Positions 12,640 to 24,455 of a DNA stretch of 64,000 bases are shown piece after piece. The DNA is taken from assembly GCA_963783375.1 (NCBI GenBank), contig CAWANH010000028.1:366491-430490 (forward strand), in the 5' to 3' direction. Numbering within the stretch: position 1 is the stretch's first letter; each line of letters begins with the position of its first letter. Source of the DNA: Candidatus Eiseniibacteriota bacterium (GTDB lineage: Bacteria; Eisenbacteria; RBG-16-71-46; JABDJR01). The position numbers were made by a program, and so were the translations under genes. A model generated the notes under the pieces. The model had not been told where the DNA came from and did no database searches. It saw only the letters and a program-made list of their open reading frames with translations.

Positions 12640-14022
12640 ATGAAACCCACCATCCTCCCGCGCGCCGAACACACCATCTCCCGCAAGCTCATCGACCCCG
12701 ATGCGTTGAAGGTGATGTACCGGCTCCTGAACGCCGGTCACCGGGCCTACCTGGTGGGAGGGGGGGTGCGCGATCTGCTCCTCGGGCGGACCCCCAAGGA
12801 CTACGACGTGGGCACCGACGCCCACCCCCACCAGATCCGGAAGCTCTTCCGGAACTGCCGCCTGGTCGGCCGGCGCTTCCGCCTCGCCCACATCCATTTC
12901 GGCGACAAGATCATCGAGGTCTCGACCTTCCGCCGGCGGGCCGAATTCGACGAGAGCGAGAACGGCGACCGCCTCATCCGCTCCGACAACACCTTCGGCA
13001 CCCCGGAGGAGGACGCGGTCCGGCGGGACTTCACCATCAACGGGCTCTTCTACGACCTGGAGACCTTCTCGGTCCTGGACTACGTGGGGGGGATCGACGA
13101 TCTGAACCGGCGGATCATCCGCAGCATCGGCGACTCCAACGAGCGCATCCCCGAGGATCCCGTCCGCATCCTCCGCGCCATCAAGTTCGGCGCCCGGCTG
13201 GGTTTCGACATCGATCCCGAGCTCTGGGCGGCCATGATCCGCTTCGCCGCCGACATCCACAAGTGCGCCAAGGCCAGGGTGCTGGAGGAGATCTACCGGC
13301 TGCTCCGGGGCGGCGCCGCCGGGGCCTCGTTCCAGCTCATCGAGGAGTCCGGGCTCATGCAGGAGCTCCTCCCCGAGGTCCACGAATACCTCCAGGACCA
13401 GAGCGAGGGGAGGCGCGACCGGAACCGCCTGTTCTGGCAGTACCTGAACATCCTGGACGAACTCAAGAAGGACGAGGTGGAGCTCTCCAACGCGCTCCTC
13501 CTGGGATCGATCGCCGTCCACCTCACCGGGGTCGCGGTGGGGCAGGCGGACGACGTCCAACCCGGAGACCTCAACAAGCGCGTGGACGAGCTCAGCCACG
13601 AGTGGGTCTCGCGGCTCGGGGTAGCCCGCCGCGACCGGGAGCGCATGGCCCACATGCTCCGATCCCAGCCCCGCTTCACCCGCCCGCGGGGCCGCCGCTT
13701 CCGGCCCCGGAGCTTCGTGACCAAGCACTACTACCCCGACGCCGAGGCGCTGTTCGCCCTGGGAGTGCGAGCCACCGGGAAGGAACTCGACACCCTGTCC
13801 CGCTGGCAGGCGGTGCGGGAAGAGGCCGGCGGGGTGATCGAGGAAGCGACCCCCGAGTCGGGAGAACGCTCCCGGCGCCACCGCCGCCGGAGACGCCCCT
13901 CGAGCGCCGCCGCCGCCCCCGCCGAGGCCCCGGCAAACGAATCGAAGAGCGAGGGAGAGAAGAAGTCGAGCCGGAACCGCCGCCGCCGTCGACGCCGCCA
14001 TCGCCGCCCCGCCACGTCCTAG
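12640..14022 (+). CDS. pcnB: Poly(A) polymerase I / tRNA nucleotidyltransferase (CCA-adding) family protein, PcnB-like with an Arg-rich C-terminal tail.
   Basis: From the ATG at 12640: MKPTILPRAEHTISRKLIDPDALKVMYRLLNAGHRAYLVGGGVRDLLLGRTPKDYDVGTDAHPHQIRKLF...RLAHIHFG is the polymerase-beta-like nucleotidyltransferase head. Basic tail RRHRRRRRP...RNRRRRRRRHRR. Confidence 0.8.
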   Translation: MKPTILPRAEHTISRKLIDPDALKVMYRLLNAGHRAYLVGGGVRDLLLGRTPKDYDVGTDAHPHQIRKLFRNCRLVGRRFRLAHIHFGDKIIEVSTFRRRAEFDESENGDRLIRSDNTFGTPEEDAVRRDFTINGLFYDLETFSVLDYVGGIDDLNRRIIRSIGDSNERIPEDPVRILRAIKFGARLGFDIDPELWAAMIRFAADIHKCAKARVLEEIYRLLRGGAAGASFQLIEESGLMQELLPEVHEYLQDQSEGRRDRNRLFWQYLNILDELKKDEVELSNALLLGSIAVHLTGVAVGQADDVQPGDLNKRVDELSHEWVSRLGVARRDRERMAHMLRSQPRFTRPRGRRFRPRSFVTKHYYPDAEALFALGVRATGKELDTLSRWQAVREEAGGVIEEATPESGERSRRHRRRRRPSSAAAAPAEAPANESKSEGEKKSSRNRRRRRRRHRRPATS

Positions 14023-14042
14023 GCCGCCCCACGACCCGCCGC

Positions 14043-14143
14043 GACTATCCCATGACCGAGCCCGACTACCCCACGACCCGCCGCGACCATCCCATGGCCG
14101 AGCCCGACTACCCCATGACCGAGCCCGACTACCCCACGGCCGA
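14043..14143. repeat. Five tandem copies of a 21-bp unit (gactaccccatgaccgagccc and variants) in the short convergent gap between pcnB and the glutamine-synthetase-like gene.
   Basis: Direct reading: gactatcccatgaccgagccc / gactaccccacgacccgccgc / gaccatcccatggccgagccc / gactaccccatgaccgagccc / gactaccccacggccgac. Confidence 0.7.
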
Positions 14144-15610
14144 CAGCGTCTGGTCGATCAGCCCCGGCGGAAACACGCCGCCGGCCTCGAGCGCCGCGCG
14201 GTGATGAGCCAGGGCGGAAGCGGTCTGGGCCGCGCTCCTGGGGACCGCGGGCGCGGAACCCTTCCGGGCGGCCTCGGACCCGGATGCGGTGCGCTTCAAT
14301 AGATCATCCAGGTCCTCGGTCTCACGCCCCAAAACCAGGGCCTGGGCGATCCCGGCCAGGAGAAGATGCGGGTGGGCGGAGCCGTCGGGAAGGCGGAACT
14401 CGATGGTCGGGGGAGCGACCGGCCGGCCGCCGTCGGTGAACGCGGTGATGGGGAGCCGGATCAGGGCCTGGCGGTCGAAGCGCCCCCAGACCACGGCGCT
14501 CGGCGCCTCCTTCCCCTGCCGGAGCCGGAGAAAGGAGCCCTTCCCCCGGTTCCCGAAGGCCATGAGCGCTCCCCCCATCTGGGCCAACCCGGCGATCAGC
14601 CACTGGGCGGAAGGGGCCAGGGAGCCGTCCGCGGCCACGCCCCCCGCGTGATCGCCGTTCACCACCGGGGACATGTGGAAGTGCAGCCCGTTCCCCGGAT
14701 GACCTTCCTTCACGATCGGGTCGAAGGAACAGCGGTAGCCGTGGCGCCGGGCCAGGTTCTGGATCACCCAGCGGGTGAGGACCAGGGCGTCCGCCGCCCG
14801 CGGCAACGGCGCCAGTCCCAGCTCGATCTCGTGCTGTTCCCAGACCGTGCCGTCCTGCTCGCGACCGTCGATCACCCCGACCTCGCTGTGGCCGTACTTG
14901 ACCGGCACCCCGATCTCGCCCAGGGCGACCAGGGCCTCCCGGCGGAGGGCTTCGCCGAACACGAAGGGCGCGGTGGCATGGTAGCCGCGGTCCTCGGGCC
15001 GGGCCGCGGTGTCCCCCGCCCCCACGTCCGCGCCCAGGAAGTACTCCACCTCGCCCAGGGCCCAGAGATCCACCCCGCACTCGGCCAGGACCCGTGCGTG
15101 GGCCTTGCGCACCACGGTGTCCGGCGACTCGGGGAGCGGCTCCCCGTCCCGCCCGACGTGGCCGGAGAGGACGGCCAGGGTGGGAACCGGCGCGAAGGGA
15201 TCGACGAACGCGGTCTGAAGCCGGGGGCGGAGCATGATGTCCGAAGCCCCGCTCTTGAGTCCGGCGAAGAGGCTCGATCCGTCGGCGCGTTCGCCTCCGG
15301 TCAGGATGTCCGTCAGATGGGCCTCGCCGGCCGGGACGAAGTCCAGGGTCTTGAGCCACCCGTCGCCCCCCACGTGCATCAGGCTCACCAGGCGGATTTC
15401 GTTCTCCTGGACGAAGCGCACCAGGTCGTCGACCGTCCACTCGGTGCGCGGCTTGCCGAGCGCCCGTTCCAGGCGGCCGGCGGGAAGGTAACCCGAGGCC
15501 GGCCGGGACACGGTTCCGCCGGCGGACGTCCTGAGGGCGTCCGCGTCGGGCTGAACCGCCACCGGGGTTTCTTCGTGCACGGTCTTTCCGGTCGGATCGA
15601 GAGTCTTCAT
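14129..15610 (-). CDS. Glutamine synthetase family protein (GlnA-like catalytic domain; the subtype, e.g. gamma-glutamyl-amine ligase, cannot be decided).
   Basis: ATG at 15610: MKTLDPTGKTVHEETP..., beta-grasp N-domain (IRLVSLMHVGGDGWLKTLDF) and catalytic-domain motif KEGHPGNGLHFHMSPV (compare NGSGMHxHxS). Confidence 0.75.
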   Translation of the reverse strand: MKTLDPTGKTVHEETPVAVQPDADALRTSAGGTVSRPASGYLPAGRLERALGKPRTEWTVDDLVRFVQENEIRLVSLMHVGGDGWLKTLDFVPAGEAHLTDILTGGERADGSSLFAGLKSGASDIMLRPRLQTAFVDPFAPVPTLAVLSGHVGRDGEPLPESPDTVVRKAHARVLAECGVDLWALGEVEYFLGADVGAGDTAARPEDRGYHATAPFVFGEALRREALVALGEIGVPVKYGHSEVGVIDGREQDGTVWEQHEIELGLAPLPRAADALVLTRWVIQNLARRHGYRCSFDPIVKEGHPGNGLHFHMSPVVNGDHAGGVAADGSLAPSAQWLIAGLAQMGGALMAFGNRGKGSFLRLRQGKEAPSAVVWGRFDRQALIRLPITAFTDGGRPVAPPTIEFRLPDGSAHPHLLLAGIAQALVLGRETEDLDDLLKRTASGSEAARKGSAPAVPRSAAQTASALAHHRAALEAGGVFPPGLIDQTLSAVG

Positions 15611-15901
15611 CCCGCACCCCTTTCGAGCCGCCCCCCACGGGGCGACCCACCCGCCAACGGGCGGCGCCGGGCATTTCCGGCCGCGCCGACGCCGCGTCGA
15701 TTCTGACAACTCCCGCCGGGAATCGGGGGATACACATTACCGAAACCCGATATTGACCGAAATGGACGATTTCAAGCGGCGAACGCCTCCCGAGCCGCTC
15801 CCCAGAGGCCGGAGAGCCGGCCGGCGGAACCCCGTTCGACGGGGTTGCCGGTCTGGTAGGCTTCTCCGAGCACGTCGAACGGGGGAAGCGGGGATATCCG
15901 G

Positions 15902-16726
15902 ATGACCACGAGCAAGCGGCGGCCGCGCCCGGTGGCGGTGCCGCCGGAGTTCTTCAGGCAACTGGCGGAGCTGGCCGCGGAGCGAACCCCGCTGGTCCTG
16001 GTGACCGTGTCCGAGGCCTCGGGGAGCGCGCCGGGAAAGGCCGGGGCCAAGATGATCGTGACCGCCGGCGCCACCCACGGCACCGTCGGCGGCGGCCGGG
16101 TGGAGAAGGCGGCCATCGCCCGCGCCCGCGAGCTTCTGGGCGGGTTCAGCGAGCCCGAGATCCAGCGGGTCAACGTGGTGCAGGACCTGGGTATGTCCTG
16201 CGGGGGGAGCATGAGCCTCATGTACGAAACGGTCACGCCGGCGCCTCGGCTGGTGATCTTCGGCGCCGGTCACATCTCCCAGCCCCTGGCCGCGGTGGCC
16301 GCGGTGGCCGGATTCGACGTCACCGTCTGCGATGAGCGCGCCGACTGGCTCACCGAGGAGCGCTTTCCCGACGCCCGGGAGCGGATCCTGGCCGGGTGGG
16401 ACGACGTGGTGGACCGGGCGAAGCTCGACGGGCAGACCTTCGTGGCCTCGGTCTCCCCCGGCCACGCCTTCGACAAGGAGATCGTGAAGCGGGTGGCGGC
16501 CGGGGCGCCCCGGCCGCGCTACGTGGGGGTGATCGGGAGCCGGCGTAAGGCGGCGATCCTGAAGAAGGAGCTGGTCGCGGAAGGCATCGACCCCGCCTTC
16601 GTGGAGGCGCTTCACATTCCGATGGGATTCAACATCGGGGCGGTGGAACCGCGGGAGATCGCGGTTTCGGTGGTGGCGGAGCTGGTGGCCGAGCTTCGCG
16701 GGATGAATCGGGCGGAGGGCTGGTAG
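15902..16726 (+). CDS. xdhC: XdhC / CoxI-family molybdenum-hydroxylase maturation (Mo-cofactor sulfuration/insertion) protein.
   Basis: N-terminal XdhC_CoxI region (FFRQLAELAAERTPLVLVTVSEASGSAPGKAGAKMIV...THGTVGGGRVE) and C-terminal Rossmann region (RLVIFGAGHISQPLAAVAAVAGFDVTVCDER). Confidence 0.8.
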   Translation: MTTSKRRPRPVAVPPEFFRQLAELAAERTPLVLVTVSEASGSAPGKAGAKMIVTAGATHGTVGGGRVEKAAIARARELLGGFSEPEIQRVNVVQDLGMSCGGSMSLMYETVTPAPRLVIFGAGHISQPLAAVAAVAGFDVTVCDERADWLTEERFPDARERILAGWDDVVDRAKLDGQTFVASVSPGHAFDKEIVKRVAAGAPRPRYVGVIGSRRKAAILKKELVAEGIDPAFVEALHIPMGFNIGAVEPREIAVSVVAELVAELRGMNRAEGW

Positions 16727-16808
16727 CCGTGCCCGCGGCGTTCACCGGGGCGCGCATGGATGCGCGCGCGCGCCGCCGGCGTCATCGCGCGGCGGGAGGA
16801 CGGTAGCC

Positions 16809-17477
16809 GTGCCCGCCTTCCACGAGAGCGCCGGGGGGGTCTCCCCGGGGACCCGCACCCGGGGGCTCCCGTTCCGGGTCCGCGCCGGAGGCTCGGTGGG
16901 CGCGGTGATCCTCGCCGCCGGCCTCGGCCGAAGGATGGGCGGCCGCCCCAAGGCCCTCCTGGACCTGGACGGAACCACGTTCCTCGAGCGGGTGGCCGCC
17001 GCGTGCCGCGAGGGGGGATGCGGCGCCCTGTGGGCGGTGACCAACCCCGAGGTTCCCGGGATCGACGACCTGGCCGGGACCCTGGGACTTCGCACCGTGC
17101 CCAACCCCGACTGGTCCCGCGGCATGTTCTCCAGCGTGGTGGAGGGGTTGCGCGAGGCCCTGGCCGACCGGCCGCGCTCCGACGGATTCCTGATCTTTCC
17201 GGTCGACCATCCGAGAGTCCGGGGCGAGACGGTGGCCCGGCTCCTGGAATCCTTCCGGGTGCGCCCGGCGGGATCGTGGGTGCGGCCCGGTTTCGGGGGG
17301 CGGGGCGGCCACCCGGTGGTGGTGGATGCGGCCTCGGCCGAGGCGCTCACCGCGATGAACCCGGAGATGGCGCTCCGGGACGCCATGGAGACGATCGGAC
17401 TCGCCCCGTTCACGGTGCCGGTGGACGACCCCGGCGTGCTTCGGAACGTGAACACCCCGGAGGATCTGGAGAGCTAG
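16809..17477 (+). CDS. mocA: MobA-like nucleotidyltransferase, probably molybdenum cofactor cytidylyltransferase (MocA / YgfJ-type accessory protein).
   Basis: VGAVILAAGLGRRMGGRPKALLDLDGTTFLE is the MobA-like NTP-transferase signature. It lies directly downstream of xdhC. Confidence 0.7.
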   Translation: MPAFHESAGGVSPGTRTRGLPFRVRAGGSVGAVILAAGLGRRMGGRPKALLDLDGTTFLERVAAACREGGCGALWAVTNPEVPGIDDLAGTLGLRTVPNPDWSRGMFSSVVEGLREALADRPRSDGFLIFPVDHPRVRGETVARLLESFRVRPAGSWVRPGFGGRGGHPVVVDAASAEALTAMNPEMALRDAMETIGLAPFTVPVDDPGVLRNVNTPEDLES

Positions 17478-17539
17478 CCGCCCCGGCGAAAACCGCTATC
17501 CAGACATTCTTCCCCCGCCGCCCGCCGTGATTTGCGACA

Positions 17540-19609
<2,070 letters not shown>

Positions 19610-19639
19610 CCGGCCACCGCCCCGCCGAGGCAATGAGAC

Positions 19640-19672
19640 GGCCGGCCCGCGTGACGGACCGGCCGATTTGAA
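19640..19672. terminator. Possible bidirectional GC-rich hairpin between the convergent DPD-like and carbamate-kinase genes (cggccgg...ccggccg followed by attt).
   Basis: Inverted repeat cggccgg / ccggccg around 19643-19668 in the 116-bp convergent gap. No strong U-tract. Confidence 0.25.
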
Positions 19673-19725
19673 TCCTCCGCCGCCTTCAAGGCTACGCGGC
19701 GGCGCAACGAATCCCGGGATGATCC

Positions 19726-20673
19726 TCAGTCCGGAACGATCCAGGTCCCGGTCTTGCCCTCCAACGCCTTCACGATCGTCTCGGGCTTGGTGACCAGGCC
19801 CTTCCCCTTGGGGTTGGCCTCGAGGAACGCGATCAGGGCCTCGATCTTCGGCCCCATGCTCCCGGCCAGGAAGTGCCCTTCGGCCTGGAGCTTCCTGGCC
19901 TCGCTGAGGGTCATCCGGTCGAGCCACTTCTGATCCGGCTTGTTGAAGTTCACCGCCACCTTCTCCACCGCGGTGGAGATGAGGAACAGGTCGGCCTTGA
20001 GGTCGGCGGCCAGGAGGCTCGAGGCGCGGTCCTTGTCGATCACCGCGTAGACCCCCTTGAGGATTCCCTTTTCGTCCTCGACCACCGGAACCCCGCCCCC
20101 GCCGACCGCGACCACGATGAACCCGTCGTCGATCAGGCGCTGGATCGCATCGCCTTCCACGATCTTCCGCGGAATGGGCGAGGCGATCATGCGCCGCCAG
20201 CCTCGGCCGGCGTCCTCGGTGACCGACCACCCCTGCTTCACGAAGACCTCGGCGTTCTCCTTGGTGGTGAACCCGCCGATCCCCTTGGTGGGGTTCTTGA
20301 AGCCGGGATCGTCCCGGTCAACCAGGACCTGGGTGACCAGCGAGACGACCTGGCGATGGATCCCCCGCTCCTTGAACTCGTTCAACAGCGCCTGGGAGAT
20401 CATGTAGCCGATCGCCCCCTGGGTATCGGCGCTGATCACGTCGAGCGGGGTCGAGTGGACCTCGGGATAGGCGAGCTCGTTCCGCCGCAGAATGAAACCC
20501 ACCTGGGGACCGTTCCCGTGGGTGACCACCACGTTCCAGCCTTGCTCGATCATGGCCGCGATGTGGTTGCAGGTCTCCACCACCGCGTGAACCTGGGACC
20601 CCACGTCCTCGTGCTGCTTGTCGTGAATCAGGGAATTGCCGCCGACGGCCACGACGGCCAGTTTGTCGCTCAT
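19726..20673 (-). CDS. arcC: Carbamate kinase.
   Basis: MSDKLAVVAVGGNSL...VVVTHGNGPQVG...VVAVGGGGVPVV, full-length amino-acid-kinase fold with carbamate-kinase signatures. 315 aa. Confidence 0.85.
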   Translation of the reverse strand: MSDKLAVVAVGGNSLIHDKQHEDVGSQVHAVVETCNHIAAMIEQGWNVVVTHGNGPQVGFILRRNELAYPEVHSTPLDVISADTQGAIGYMISQALLNEFKERGIHRQVVSLVTQVLVDRDDPGFKNPTKGIGGFTTKENAEVFVKQGWSVTEDAGRGWRRMIASPIPRKIVEGDAIQRLIDDGFIVVAVGGGGVPVVEDEKGILKGVYAVIDKDRASSLLAADLKADLFLISTAVEKVAVNFNKPDQKWLDRMTLSEARKLQAEGHFLAGSMGPKIEALIAFLEANPKGKGLVTKPETIVKALEGKTGTWIVPD

Positions 20674-20742
20674 ATAACCGCTCCTTCCACCCGGAGCCGG
20701 GACCGAAGCGGAGGCGCCCGCGCGCCCCCGCCGGCCGCGGTC

Positions 20743-21720
20743 CTACATCGTCAACGCCATGACCGCCTTCTGAGCGTGCATCCGGTTCTCGGCCTCGTCG
20801 TAGACCACCGAGTGCGGTCCGTCCATCACCCCGTCGGTGACCTCGACGTTCCGGTCGGCGGGAAGCGGGTGCATGTAGATCGCATCCGGCTTGGCCAGGG
20901 CCATCCGCCGCTCGTCGGTGATCCAGCTCGAGTACTTCTTGATGATCTTCGCGCCTTCGTCGGCGTCCGGGGTATGCACCATGGCGCCCCAGGACTTCGC
21001 ATAGACGATGTCCGCGTCCTTGAACGCGGCGTCCATGTCGTCCACCACCTCGAAACCGGCGCCGAACTTGCGCGCCTGCTCCCGGGCCTGTTCCATGATC
21101 CCGGGCATGAGCTTGAACTCCGGCGGGTGGGCCAGAACCACGTCCATGCCGAAGCGGGGCATCTGGAGGATCAGGGACTGGGGGACCGACATCGGCTTCT
21201 GATAGGACGAGGCGTAGGCCCACGACACCACCATCTTCTTCCGGCGGAGGTCCCGGCCCTTCTTCTCGACGATGGTCATGAGATCGGCCAGGCACTGGAA
21301 GGGATGGTAGATGTCGCACTGCATGTTGAGCACCGGCACCCGGGAGTGCTCGGCCACCGCGTTCAGGTAGCCGTTCCCCGCCCCCCAGTCCACCTGGCGA
21401 ATGGCGATCCCGTCGTAGTAGCGGCCGAATATCTGGCCGATCTCCTTGGGGGTGTCGCCGTGGGCGATCTGGGTGCTCTTGCTCTCGATGAACGCGGCGT
21501 GGCCGCCGAGCTGGGCCATCCCCGCCTCGAAGGAGCCGCGGGTGCGGGTGCTGGAGAAGAAGAAGAGCATGGCCAGGACCTTGTCGCGCAGGTAGGGATG
21601 AGCCTCCCCCAGGGCGCGCTTCCGCTTCAGGTCGAAGGCCACGTCGAGAACGGTCTCGACCTCTTCCTTCGTGAAATCGAGGTCGCCGATCAGGTCGCGA
21701 CCATGGAGCCAGGTCTGCAT
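20743..21720 (-). CDS. ygeW: YgeW-like carbamoyltransferase (the oxamate-carbamoyltransferase-type member of the ATCase/OTCase superfamily).
   Basis: STRTR motif (FFSSTRTRGSFE) and HPxQ motif (CDIYHPFQCLADL). Long collinear matches to E. coli YgeW: QIAHGDTPKEIG vs QIAHGETVRETA, and KKMVVSWAYASSYQKPMSVPQSLILQMPRFGMDVVLAHP vs KKIAMTWAYSPSYGKPLSVPQGIIGLMTRFGMDVTLAHP. Confidence 0.8.
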   Translation of the reverse strand: MQTWLHGRDLIGDLDFTKEEVETVLDVAFDLKRKRALGEAHPYLRDKVLAMLFFFSSTRTRGSFEAGMAQLGGHAAFIESKSTQIAHGDTPKEIGQIFGRYYDGIAIRQVDWGAGNGYLNAVAEHSRVPVLNMQCDIYHPFQCLADLMTIVEKKGRDLRRKKMVVSWAYASSYQKPMSVPQSLILQMPRFGMDVVLAHPPEFKLMPGIMEQAREQARKFGAGFEVVDDMDAAFKDADIVYAKSWGAMVHTPDADEGAKIIKKYSSWITDERRMALAKPDAIYMHPLPADRNVEVTDGVMDGPHSVVYDEAENRMHAQKAVMALTM

Positions 21721-21763
21721 TGGAGCCTCCTCTGCTGTCGTGCTGACGGGAGCGGGCGGGAAG

Positions 21764-22717
21764 TTACTCCATCGCCCCGAGGATGAGGGCGAGGAGCGAC
21801 ATCCGCATCACCACGCCGTTGAAAGCCTCCTGCCAGTAGCGCGACCAGCGGGTCATGTCCACGTCGGGCGGGATCTCGTCCATGCGCGGGAGGGAATGGA
21901 GGAGGATCGCGTCGGACTTCGCCTTGGTGGCCAGGAGCTCCCGGGTGATCTTGTAGTTGGCCGGGGTGAGGCCGGCGTCGCCGGTCCGCTCGTCGCGGGC
22001 CTTGGTGTAGTCGGGCTGGACCACCGGCTCGACCAGGATCACGTCGGCGTCGCCGATCGCCTGCTCCACGTGCTCCGCTTCCTTGAAGTTCAGGCTGTAC
22101 CCTTCGAGCTCCTCCTTGAACTCGGGGGTGAGGCTCATCTCGGGGGGAGAGACGAAGGTGACGGGGCAGTCGAACTGGGTGAGGGCATGGCCCAGCGAGT
22201 GCATGGTGCGCATGCGCATGTCCCCCACCGCCAGCCACTTGAGCCCGTCGAGCCGGCCCTTCTCCTGGAGAACGGTGTAGAGGTCGGTGAGGACCTGGGT
22301 GGGGTGTTCTCCCCAGCCGTCCCCGCCGTTGATGATCGGGATCGAGGCCCACTTGGCCGCCTCGTGGGGCGCGCCCTGCTGGAAGTGGCGCATCACGATG
22401 ACGTCGCCGTAGTACTCCAGCATCTTGACCGTGTCCTTGATCGTCTCCTGGTAGAAGTCGCCGGCCCGGGTCATCTTGGCGTCGGCGAACCCGGTCACAT
22501 GACCACCCAGGCGGTGCATGGCCGCCTCGTGGGCCAGCCGGGTGCGGGTGGACGGCTGGTAGAACGCCGTCACCATGGTCTTTTCCTTCAAGATGTCGCT
22601 GTTCCGGCGGCTGCGCGCGATCGGCTCCAGCTCCTTGGCCACATCGAAAACCCGCATGAACTCATTGCGCTCAAAATCCTTGAGCGAAAGAATGTCGCGT
22701 CCTGAAAAGCTCTTCAT
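21764..22717 (-). CDS. Aspartate/ornithine-carbamoyltransferase-family protein (PyrB-like size and motifs).
   Basis: FYQPSTRTRLAHE, GEHPTQ, LLHSLPR (HxLP), 317 aa. The substrate cannot be assigned from sequence alone. Confidence 0.65.
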   Translation of the reverse strand: MKSFSGRDILSLKDFERNEFMRVFDVAKELEPIARSRRNSDILKEKTMVTAFYQPSTRTRLAHEAAMHRLGGHVTGFADAKMTRAGDFYQETIKDTVKMLEYYGDVIVMRHFQQGAPHEAAKWASIPIINGGDGWGEHPTQVLTDLYTVLQEKGRLDGLKWLAVGDMRMRTMHSLGHALTQFDCPVTFVSPPEMSLTPEFKEELEGYSLNFKEAEHVEQAIGDADVILVEPVVQPDYTKARDERTGDAGLTPANYKITRELLATKAKSDAILLHSLPRMDEIPPDVDMTRWSRYWQEAFNGVVMRMSLLALILGAME

Positions 22718-22973
22718 TGCCGTTCTCCTGAGAATTCAGTCCCGCCGCACCGCACGTCACCGCGCAGCCGGTCATCCGGCCCTTCCCGCCCCGAGCGCGG
22801 TAATGCGCTCCGCGAGCCGTCCGGGCCAATCACGAGCCCCATTTGAGCTCAACCTTTCGCAAGCTGCGAATAGCCGACCATCATACCGAATCCCGCGGCC
22901 CGGAACCATATGGGGAATGCGGACACTTCGGCGCCAATCCCGGCCGACCGCCGTGAGGGGGACTACCGCCTCA

Positions 22974-23003
22974 TTGAAAAATGACTTAACTTGTCGCTAT
23001 TGT
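22974..23003 (+). promoter_or_regulatory. Candidate sigma70-type promoter for the GNAT gene: -35 TTGAAA (22974-22979), 18-nt spacer, -10 TATTGT (22998-23003).
   Basis: Motif reading in the AT-richer divergent intergenic region. The spacer contains aatgacttaa, also found at 24564-24573. Confidence 0.3.
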
Positions 23004-23071
23004 CGCGCCACCTCCACCGTCGGCCCGGATCCGGTCGCACCCAGGCGTCCGGTCTCGGGTACCATGGCCGG

Positions 23072-23530
23072 ATGGACGTACAAATCGCGCATCTCAAGGA
23101 CCACCCCGAGCACTTTCCCACCGTGGCCCGGTGGATTCACGAGGAGTTCTGGACGGGCCGGGAGGGGCACAGCCCGGAGCGGATGGAGGCGCGGCTACGC
23201 ACCGCCTCGGACCCGGACCGGATCCCCCTCTCGCTCCTGGCCCTGGTGGACGGCGAGCCGGCGGGCACGGTGAACCTGGTGGAGAACGACGACGAGGAGC
23301 GGGAGCACCTCACGCCGTGGCTGGCCGCGCTGCTGGTGATCCCCGAGCGCCGGGGACAGGGGATCGGGTCGCGCCTGGTCCGGGAGCTGGGCGCCCACGC
23401 CCGGCGCCTGGGGGTGGAGCGGATGTACCTGGGGACGGACATCCCGGCGTATTACGAGCGGCTGGGGGCGCGCGTTCACGAGCAGGTGACCGAGGCGTTC
23501 TGCGTGATGGTGATCGAGGTCTCGGGGTGA
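23072..23530 (+). CDS. GNAT-family N-acetyltransferase.
   Basis: MDVQIAHLKDHPEHFPTVARWIHEEFW...LVIPERRGQGIGSRLVRELGAHARRLGVERMYL is the acetyl-CoA-binding Q/RxxGxG/A motif. 152 aa. Confidence 0.6.
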   Translation: MDVQIAHLKDHPEHFPTVARWIHEEFWTGREGHSPERMEARLRTASDPDRIPLSLLALVDGEPAGTVNLVENDDEEREHLTPWLAALLVIPERRGQGIGSRLVRELGAHARRLGVERMYLGTDIPAYYERLGARVHEQVTEAFCVMVIEVSG

Positions 23531-23597
23531 CGCGCGCAGGGGCGCGGGATGCCCGCGGGGCCTGGAACGGCCGGCGCGGCTCCGGCCGCCAGTTTCC

Positions 23598-24455
23598 CTA
23601 CCGCTCCGCGGCCAGCTCGGCGAACCGGCCGGACTGAAGCTCCTTCAGGGTCTCGGCGATCTCCTCCCGGGTGTTCATGACGAAGGGGCCGTACCGGGCG
23701 ACCGGCTCCCCGATCGGCTGGCCCGACACCAGGAGGAAACTCGCGGGGCCGTCCACCGGGTTCACGGCCACGGCGTCGCCGTCCCCGAAGACCACCAGCC
23801 GGAGCGCGTCGGCCCGGGCCCGGTCGTCGCCGAACTCCGCCGTGCCGTCGTAGAGGTAGGCGAAGGCGGTATGGCCCCGGGGGACGGGATGCACGAAGCG
23901 GTTCCCCTCGGGTACGTGCACGTCGAGGTAGGTCGGCCGGGCGGCGATGTCGGTGACCGCGCCCTTCACCCCGTCCACCTCGCCGGCCACGATCTTCACC
24001 CGGGTGCCGTCGGGAAGGGTGGACTCGGGGATGCCGTTCGCCGGGAACTCCTGGTAGCGGGGTCGCATCATCTTGAGGCCGGAGGGCAGGTTCACCCAGA
24101 GCTGGAACCCGAAGTTCCCCTCCGGGGCCACCTGGGGCATCTCCTCGTGGAGGATCGCCCGCCCGGCGGTCATCCACTGGACGTCGCCCTCCTTGATCAC
24201 CCCTTCCCGGCCGGTCGAATCCTTGTGGCGCACCGAGCCGCGGAGCATGTAGGTCACGGTCTCGATCCCGCGATGCGGATGCATGGGGAACCCGGCACGA
24301 TAGTCGTCGGGGTTCTCGGAGCCGAAATGATCCAGCAGCAGGAACGGGTCCAGGTAGTCCAGCGCCCGGGAGGCGATGCTCCGGCGAAGGCGCACCCCGG
24401 CGCCGTCCTGGGTGACCTCGGGGGTGATCTGGGTGGCGACCTCTCGCGTCTTCAT
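23598..24455 (-). CDS. Pirin-family protein (bicupin).
   Basis: FPMHPHRGIETVTYMLRGSVRHKDSTGREGVIKEGDVQWMTAGRAILHEE is the pirin N-domain metal-binding signature. 285 aa. Confidence 0.8.
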   Translation of the reverse strand: MKTREVATQITPEVTQDGAGVRLRRSIASRALDYLDPFLLLDHFGSENPDDYRAGFPMHPHRGIETVTYMLRGSVRHKDSTGREGVIKEGDVQWMTAGRAILHEEMPQVAPEGNFGFQLWVNLPSGLKMMRPRYQEFPANGIPESTLPDGTRVKIVAGEVDGVKGAVTDIAARPTYLDVHVPEGNRFVHPVPRGHTAFAYLYDGTAEFGDDRARADALRLVVFGDGDAVAVNPVDGPASFLLVSGQPIGEPVARYGPFVMNTREEIAETLKELQSGRFAELAAER

